Assembly (NCBI GenBank): GCA_964482615.1
Contig: CAYZYK010000001.1
Coordinates: 2,144 to 66,143 of the forward strand
Reading direction: 5' to 3'
DNA: 64,000 nt
From: an uncultured Candidatus Saccharibacteria bacterium
GTDB lineage: Bacteria; Patescibacteriota; Minisyncoccia; Minisyncoccales; CAYZYK01
Shown here: positions 59,091-64,000 of the stretch, piece by piece
Position numbering within the stretch: the stretch's first letter is position 1
How the letters are laid out: every line of letters starts with the position of its first letter
Program-made: the position numbers and the translations under genes
Notes under the pieces: generated by a model
Told to the model about the DNA's origin: nothing
What the model saw: the letters and a program-made list of their open reading frames with translations, nothing else
Database searches by the model: none

Positions 59091-59549
59091 TTATTCTCCT
59101 AAGATCTCATCTAGTTTCTTTTCTATTTCTTCAAGTTTTTCTTTTTCTTCTTCTTTTGTTTTCTTTTCTGCTTTTTCAATAGAAGTTGCTCTGTCTGTGA
59201 TTTTAACTTCGGCTGGTTTGGTCTTGAATCTGCGTCTGGTGGTGGATATTCTTTTTCTTTCTGGTTTTTGAGAGTGTAAAATAAATCTTAAAACATTGTC
59301 ATTTTCTTTTAATCCCTTTCTTAAATCGTCTAATTTTGAAGAGTCAGTTCGCAAGTCTAAGCTGACTAAATAGGCCTGTTTTTGGTCGTTGACAGGATAA
59401 GCTAAGTCTCTTTTTATGGGTGATTCAGATTTAACTATAATTGCTTTATTTTTATCTCTTAAAAAAGAAACTATTTCTTCGGCTGTTCTTTTTGCTTCCT
59501 CTTCTGTTAATTCGCTTGAAACTAAGTAGTTTAATTGATAATAGGGCAT
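59091..59549 (-). CDS. rpsF: 30S ribosomal protein S6 with charged C-terminal extension
   Basis: 152 aa; MPYYQLNYLVSSELTEEE...RDLAYPVNDQKQAYLVSLDL. rpsF-ssb-rpsR operon order. Confidence 0.85.
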   Translation of the reverse strand: MPYYQLNYLVSSELTEEEAKRTAEEIVSFLRDKNKAIIVKSESPIKRDLAYPVNDQKQAYLVSLDLRTDSSKLDDLRKGLKENDNVLRFILHSQKPERKRISTTRRRFKTKPAEVKITDRATSIEKAEKKTKEEEKEKLEEIEKKLDEILGE

Positions 59550-59552
59550 AAT

Positions 59553-60650
59553 TTAGTAAATTTTAAATTCTATTATATCACCATCTTGGACTATATAATC
59601 TTTTCCTACTGTTTTGACTTGACCTTTCTTTTTTGCTTTTTTCCAAGAACCAGCTTGAATTAGTTTATCTGAAGAAATAACTTCAGCTTTAATAAAATTG
59701 TCCTCAAAATCAGAATGGACGACTCCTCCAGCGGTTGGACATTTTCCTCCCTTCTTTAAGGTCCAAGCTCTTGTTTCTTTACCTCCGGTGATGGTATAAA
59801 AGGTGATTAAATCAAGAGTATTGTAACAAGCAGTTATTAATGAGTCAAGCTCGGAGGTGAGTCCAAGCTCTTTTTCTTCTTCTTTTTTAAGATTAGAGAT
59901 TTCTCTTTCTAGTTCAAGATTAAGTTTTAAAAAAGAATCTTCAGAGATTGTTTCTTTAATTTTATCTTCGAGTTCCTTTTCTGTTTTTTGAGAAACGTTT
60001 AAAACGAAAACGTGGGGTTTTGAAGTTAAAAACTGAAAATCTTTTATTAAATCAATTTCCTCTTTATTTAACTCAAGACCGGTGATTTTTTTTCCTTGGG
60101 AAAGTTGATTTTTAATTTTTTCAAAGAGGTCTATCTTCTTTGTTGTCTTTTTATCTTGAGAAACACTTTCTTTTTTTAATCTGGTAAGGACTTTCTCTAT
60201 TGTTCCCAGGTCTTTCATTATCATTTCAGTTTCTAAAACTTCAATATTTTTTTTTGGTTCGGGCTTTTCCCAAAGCTGGTATTGTGGTTCTTTATCTTCT
60301 TGAGGGGGTGTTTTTTCTTGGGAGATAGAAAAGCCCCTGATTACCTCCAAAATAGCGTCACATTCTCTGATGTGGCTTAGAAACTGATTTCCCAAACCCT
60401 CTCCCTTATGAGCCCCCTTTACTAAGCCCGCAATATCAACAAATTTAATTATAGTAGGGGTTGTTTTTTCTGGCTTTACAATTTCTGAGATTTTTTCTAA
60501 TCTTTTATCGGGGACAGCAACTACTCCCATGTTAGGATCTATGGTTGTGAAAGGATAATCAGCTATATCAACCTTATTTTTAGTTAAAGCAGAAAATAGA
60601 GTTGATTTGCCTACGTTTGGCAAACCAACAATTCCTACAGAAAAACTCAT
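59553..60650 (-). CDS. ychF: Ribosome-binding ATPase YchF (Obg family)
   Basis: 365 aa; GIVGLPNVGKSTLFSALT, DIAGLVKGA, TGS C-terminal domain. Confidence 0.9.
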   Translation of the reverse strand: MSFSVGIVGLPNVGKSTLFSALTKNKVDIADYPFTTIDPNMGVVAVPDKRLEKISEIVKPEKTTPTIIKFVDIAGLVKGAHKGEGLGNQFLSHIRECDAILEVIRGFSISQEKTPPQEDKEPQYQLWEKPEPKKNIEVLETEMIMKDLGTIEKVLTRLKKESVSQDKKTTKKIDLFEKIKNQLSQGKKITGLELNKEEIDLIKDFQFLTSKPHVFVLNVSQKTEKELEDKIKETISEDSFLKLNLELEREISNLKKEEEKELGLTSELDSLITACYNTLDLITFYTITGGKETRAWTLKKGGKCPTAGGVVHSDFEDNFIKAEVISSDKLIQAGSWKKAKKKGQVKTVGKDYIVQDGDIIEFKIY

Positions 60651-60742
60651 ATATATAGATGATAACTTTGGGTTGCTTTATTGTCAACTTAGATATATTC
60701 TTTTTGTTGGAAAATTCTCAAGAAAACTTATATAATACTTAT

Positions 60743-61681
60743 ATGTCAAAGAAAATAACTACAGTCGGAGGGGGTACAGGACAGTATACTCTTTTGAGGG
60801 GGCTGAAAAAGTATAATGTTTCCCTGTCAGCCATTGTTTCTATGATTGATGATGGGGGAAGTACGGGAAAGCTGAGAGATGAATTTGGTGTTTTGCCCCC
60901 TGGAGACTTGAGAAGATGTTTAGTTGCTTTATCTCAAGAATCAAAAGAATTGAGAGAGCTTTTTGAGTACCGGCTTGGAGAAGATTGTGTTGGGAATATG
61001 ATAATCGCTGGCTTACAAGAGATTGTAGGAAAAGAAAATTATATTCAACAAGCATCAAAAATTTTAAATACATCAGGAACCGTTCTTCCTATTACCACAA
61101 ACGAGACAAATATTTTTGGGAAAACAGAAAAAGGCAAAAAACTGAAAGGACAAACAGAAGTAAGTTATAATATCAGCAAAAACGAGAAAATAGAAAAGCT
61201 TTGGTTAGAACCTAAAGCTTCTCTTTTTGGAGAAGCTAAAAAAGCATTTAAAGAATCAGATTTGGTAATAATTTGCCCTGGTGATTTATACGGCAGTATT
61301 ATTCCTAATTTTTTGGTTGAAGGCTCACCTGAAACTATTCAGAACTCTAAAGCTAAAATAGTTTATGTCTGTAATTTGGTGACTAAACAGGGGACCTATA
61401 AATTCTCTGCTAGTGATTTTGTGAAAGAAATTGAAAAATATCTGGGAAGAAAAATAGATTATGTTGTTTTAAATAAAAAAAGACCTACTCAAAAAATTGT
61501 TGATAAGTACAAAGGGGAAGATTCCTTTTTCGTTGTTCCTGACGTTAACAATCTTAAAAGGGAATTCATTGAAGGTGATCTTCTGATTGAACATAAAATA
61601 AATGGTAAAATAATTGCCAGACACAATCCAACAAAAACAGCAGAATTGATTATAAGTTTGTTAAATAAACCAGAAAAATAA
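60743..61681 (+). CDS. YvcK/CofD-family protein (gluconeogenesis-factor-like / 2-phospho-L-lactate-transferase-like). The internal ATG at 60743 is preferred over the track start at 60659.
   Basis: ITTVGGGTGQYTLLRGLK N-terminal glycine-rich motif characteristic of the CofD/YvcK (UPF0052) family. Confidence 0.55.
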   Translation: MSKKITTVGGGTGQYTLLRGLKKYNVSLSAIVSMIDDGGSTGKLRDEFGVLPPGDLRRCLVALSQESKELRELFEYRLGEDCVGNMIIAGLQEIVGKENYIQQASKILNTSGTVLPITTNETNIFGKTEKGKKLKGQTEVSYNISKNEKIEKLWLEPKASLFGEAKKAFKESDLVIICPGDLYGSIIPNFLVEGSPETIQNSKAKIVYVCNLVTKQGTYKFSASDFVKEIEKYLGRKIDYVVLNKKRPTQKIVDKYKGEDSFFVVPDVNNLKREFIEGDLLIEHKINGKIIARHNPTKTAELIISLLNKPEK

Positions 61682-61682
61682 A

Positions 61683-63023
61683 GTGTCAAAAAAACAAAAT
61701 ACAATTTTTAAAACCTATGATGTGCGAGGTATTTACCCCTCAGAAATTAATGAAAGTAAAGCTAGAAAGATAGCTAAAGCTATTGTTGAAGAGACAAAAG
61801 CAAAAGAAGTTGTAATTGGAAGAGATGCAAGAAACTCTTCAGTTCAGCTTTCTGAAGCACTGATAGAGGGAATTCTAGAGCAGGGAAGCGATGTTGTGGA
61901 TATAGGGCAAGTATCAACTGATTGTCTATATTTTACTTTGGGTTACCACGGTTATCCTGCGGGAATTATGACGACAGCCTCTCATAACCCACCAGAACAC
62001 AACGGATTTAAAATAATGAGAAGGCAAAAAAGGGGAATCTTGCCGTTTAGGGGTATTGAAATAGGAAAAAAAATAGAAAACAAGATACCTTCTTCTGAAA
62101 AAAGGGGTACTGTTCAAAAAAAAGATATCTGGGAAGATTATTTGAAACATGTGGTTTCTTTTGTTGAAACAGAGAAGATAAAGCCTTTTCGGGTGGTAAT
62201 AGATGCATCAAATGGTATGGCGGGCAAGGTTATTCCAGAAATTGTAGATAAAATACCTATTGAGATTATTCCTTTAAATTTTAATTTAGATGGAAATTTC
62301 CCCGCTCATTCTCCAAACCCCTTAAAAGAGAGTTCAACAGAGGGAATAAAAAATAGGATTAAGGAAAAGAAAGCTGATTTTGGCTTTATTTTTGATGGAG
62401 ACGCAGATAGAGTGTTTTTGATTACAGAAGAGAGTGATTTTGTTTCAGCTGATATAACTCTTCTCCTTTTGGCTAAATATTTTTTAGAGAAAAATCCTGG
62501 AGATAAAATTGTTTACAATCTTATTTGTTCTCGAGCTGTACCCGAGTTTATTAAAAAATGGGGCGGGGAGCCGGTACGCAGCCAAGTTGGTTATGTTAAT
62601 ATTTGGAAGAATATGCAAAAAAAAGAAGCAATAATGGGGGGTGAATTATCCGGCCATTATGCTTTTCGGGAAAATTTCTATACGGATTCAGGGTTTATAA
62701 GTTTTCTGATTCTCTTGGAGATAATTTCCAAATCTGAGAAAAAAGTTTCAGAGCAGGTTAATCAGCTGAGCCCTTATGCCAAAAGCCCAGAGATAAATTT
62801 TGAAATAAAAGATAAAGAAAAGACTTTAGAAAAAATTAAAAAGAAATATTCAGACGGAAAGCAGGATTTTTTAGACGGAATTACAGTAGAGTATGAGAGC
62901 TGGTGGTTTAATACTCGTCCTTCCCATACAGAACCTCTTTTGAGATTAACTATTGAAGCTGACAATAAAAACATTTTAAGAGAAAAAAAGAAAGAACTTG
63001 TTTCTTTTATTGGGGGAAGATAG
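61683..63023 (+). CDS. Phosphomannomutase/phosphoglucomutase (alpha-D-phosphohexomutase), GTG start
   Basis: 446 aa; phosphoserine loop TASHNPPEHNGFK, metal-binding FDGDADR, GELSGH sugar-binding loop. Confidence 0.85.
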   Translation: MSKKQNTIFKTYDVRGIYPSEINESKARKIAKAIVEETKAKEVVIGRDARNSSVQLSEALIEGILEQGSDVVDIGQVSTDCLYFTLGYHGYPAGIMTTASHNPPEHNGFKIMRRQKRGILPFRGIEIGKKIENKIPSSEKRGTVQKKDIWEDYLKHVVSFVETEKIKPFRVVIDASNGMAGKVIPEIVDKIPIEIIPLNFNLDGNFPAHSPNPLKESSTEGIKNRIKEKKADFGFIFDGDADRVFLITEESDFVSADITLLLLAKYFLEKNPGDKIVYNLICSRAVPEFIKKWGGEPVRSQVGYVNIWKNMQKKEAIMGGELSGHYAFRENFYTDSGFISFLILLEIISKSEKKVSEQVNQLSPYAKSPEINFEIKDKEKTLEKIKKKYSDGKQDFLDGITVEYESWWFNTRPSHTEPLLRLTIEADNKNILREKKKELVSFIGGR

Positions 63024-63083
63024 AATTTAAGAAAACAAAAAAACAACCATTAATATTTTAGATTGTTTTTTTATTTCTGTTTC

Positions 63084-64000
63084 TTATACCAACCCCATTT
63101 TTTTTCTTGTGTCAGTCATTGTTTTTTCAGCTATTTTTTTTGCTTTCTTTGCTCCTTCTTTAAGAGATTTTTCAATATATTCTTTGTTCTTTGATAATTC
63201 TTTTCTCTTTTTTCGAAAAGAAGCTAGTTTTTCAGTTAAGAGTTGAACTAATGATTTTTTAAATTCAGCGTATCCTCTATTTTTAAATTCTTTTTCTATT
63301 TCACTTATCTCTCTATTTGAAAACAGGCTATAAATTAAAAGAAGGTTTGAAATACCCGGTTTAGTTTTTGGCTTATATTTAATTTCTTTTCCAATATCTG
63401 TTTTAGCTGACATTATTTTTTGTTTTATTTCTTTTGGGGAATCAAACAAAAAGATACAGCCCTTTTCTTTATCACTTTTTGACATCTTATTCTTGGGATT
63501 TTCCAAACTCATAATTTTAGCTCCAACCTTGGGAAGCATGGCTTCGGGTACGGTGAAGGTTTCTCCGAATCTCTGATTGAATTTTCTTGCTATAGTTCTG
63601 GTCAGTTCAATATGCTGGATTTGATCTTTTCCAACAGGAACTTTTTCTGTTTGATAAATTAAAATATCTGCTGCTTGCAAGACAGGATAATTAAGGAGGC
63701 CAGCGTTTATATTCTTTTTAAATTTTCCTGACTTTTCCTTGTATTGGGTCATTCTTTCAAGTTCAGAAACAGGAGAGACGGTGTTTAAAAGCCAAGCAAG
63801 TTCAGTATGCTCTTTTATTTCAGATTGAACAAAGAAAATGCTTTTTTTGGGGTCAATTCCAACCGCAAAATGAGCCAAGACGGCTTCATAAATATTCTTT
63901 TGAAGCTCTTTGGGGTTATAAGGTACGGTTAAAGAGTGTAAATCAGCAATGAAGAAGATGCATTTATTTTTTTCTTGAAGCTTGACCCAGTGTTTTATAG
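63084..64000 (-). CDS. trpS: Tryptophan-tRNA ligase. The N-terminus runs beyond the window end; the frame stays open upstream of the track's TTG start at 63878.
   Basis: YPVLQAADIL, KMSKS (NKMSKSD). The upstream in-frame extension reads ...CIFFIADLHSLTVPYNPKEL..., matching the TrpRS N-terminal half. Confidence 0.85.
   Translation of the reverse strand, partial: IKHWVKLQEKNKCIFFIADLHSLTVPYNPKELQKNIYEAVLAHFAVGIDPKKSIFFVQSEIKEHTELAWLLNTVSPVSELERMTQYKEKSGKFKKNINAGLLNYPVLQAADILIYQTEKVPVGKDQIQHIELTRTIARKFNQRFGETFTVPEAMLPKVGAKIMSLENPKNKMSKSDKEKGCIFLFDSPKEIKQKIMSAKTDIGKEIKYKPKTKPGISNLLLIYSLFSNREISEIEKEFKNRGYAEFKKSLVQLLTEKLASFRKKRKELSKNKEYIEKSLKEGAKKAKKIAEKTMTDTRKKMGLV

Overview
This 64-kb window looks like a low-GC (about one third G+C), gene-dense bacterial chromosome segment with the hallmarks of a reduced CPR/Patescibacteria-type genome. 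Proteins are lysine/isoleucine/asparagine-rich, reading frames are short and tightly packed, and several native starts I inspected have no obvious Shine-Dalgarno motif. Core housekeeping genes carry inteins. The standard genetic code is in use: all large core genes read through without in-frame TGA or TAG.

Core housekeeping genes:
- infB (5'-truncated at the window edge, with an intein in the P-loop), rbfA, rplS, an RluA-family pseudouridine synthase, ftsH (with a ~458-aa intein), rpsA.
- gyrA, valS, tsaD, recG, ligA, ftsW/rodA, rpoB, rpoC, ftsK, recA.
- The rpsF-ssb-rpsR operon, ychF, a phosphohexomutase, and trpS (runs off the 3' edge).

tRNA genes (13):
- Cys, Leu-UAA, Gly, Phe, Val-UAC, Leu-GAG, Val-GAC, Ile-UAU, Leu-UAG, Glu, Arg-GCG, Ser-UGA, Ser-GCU.

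Complete type IV pilus / DNA-uptake locus:
- comFC, pilM, pilN, pilO, pilB, a CheY-like regulator, pilT, pilC, a major pilin, pilD, and four minor pilins.

Accessory content most worth a second look:
- A ~760-bp GC-rich island (about 55% GC) with imperfect inverted-repeat ends. It carries a 209-aa zinc-ribbon ORF with a perfect Shine-Dalgarno sequence and its own terminator, and it sits directly behind a consensus host promoter.
- A tandem array of nine paralogous small genes for secreted two-helix membrane proteins with a TrbC/VirB2 (T4SS-pilin)-like architecture. Each has its own terminator hairpin, and one adjacent pair is near-identical.
- Four selfish-endonuclease elements: two inteins, plus two free-standing homing-endonuclease-like genes that abut tRNA genes and are each broken by a single in-frame stop.
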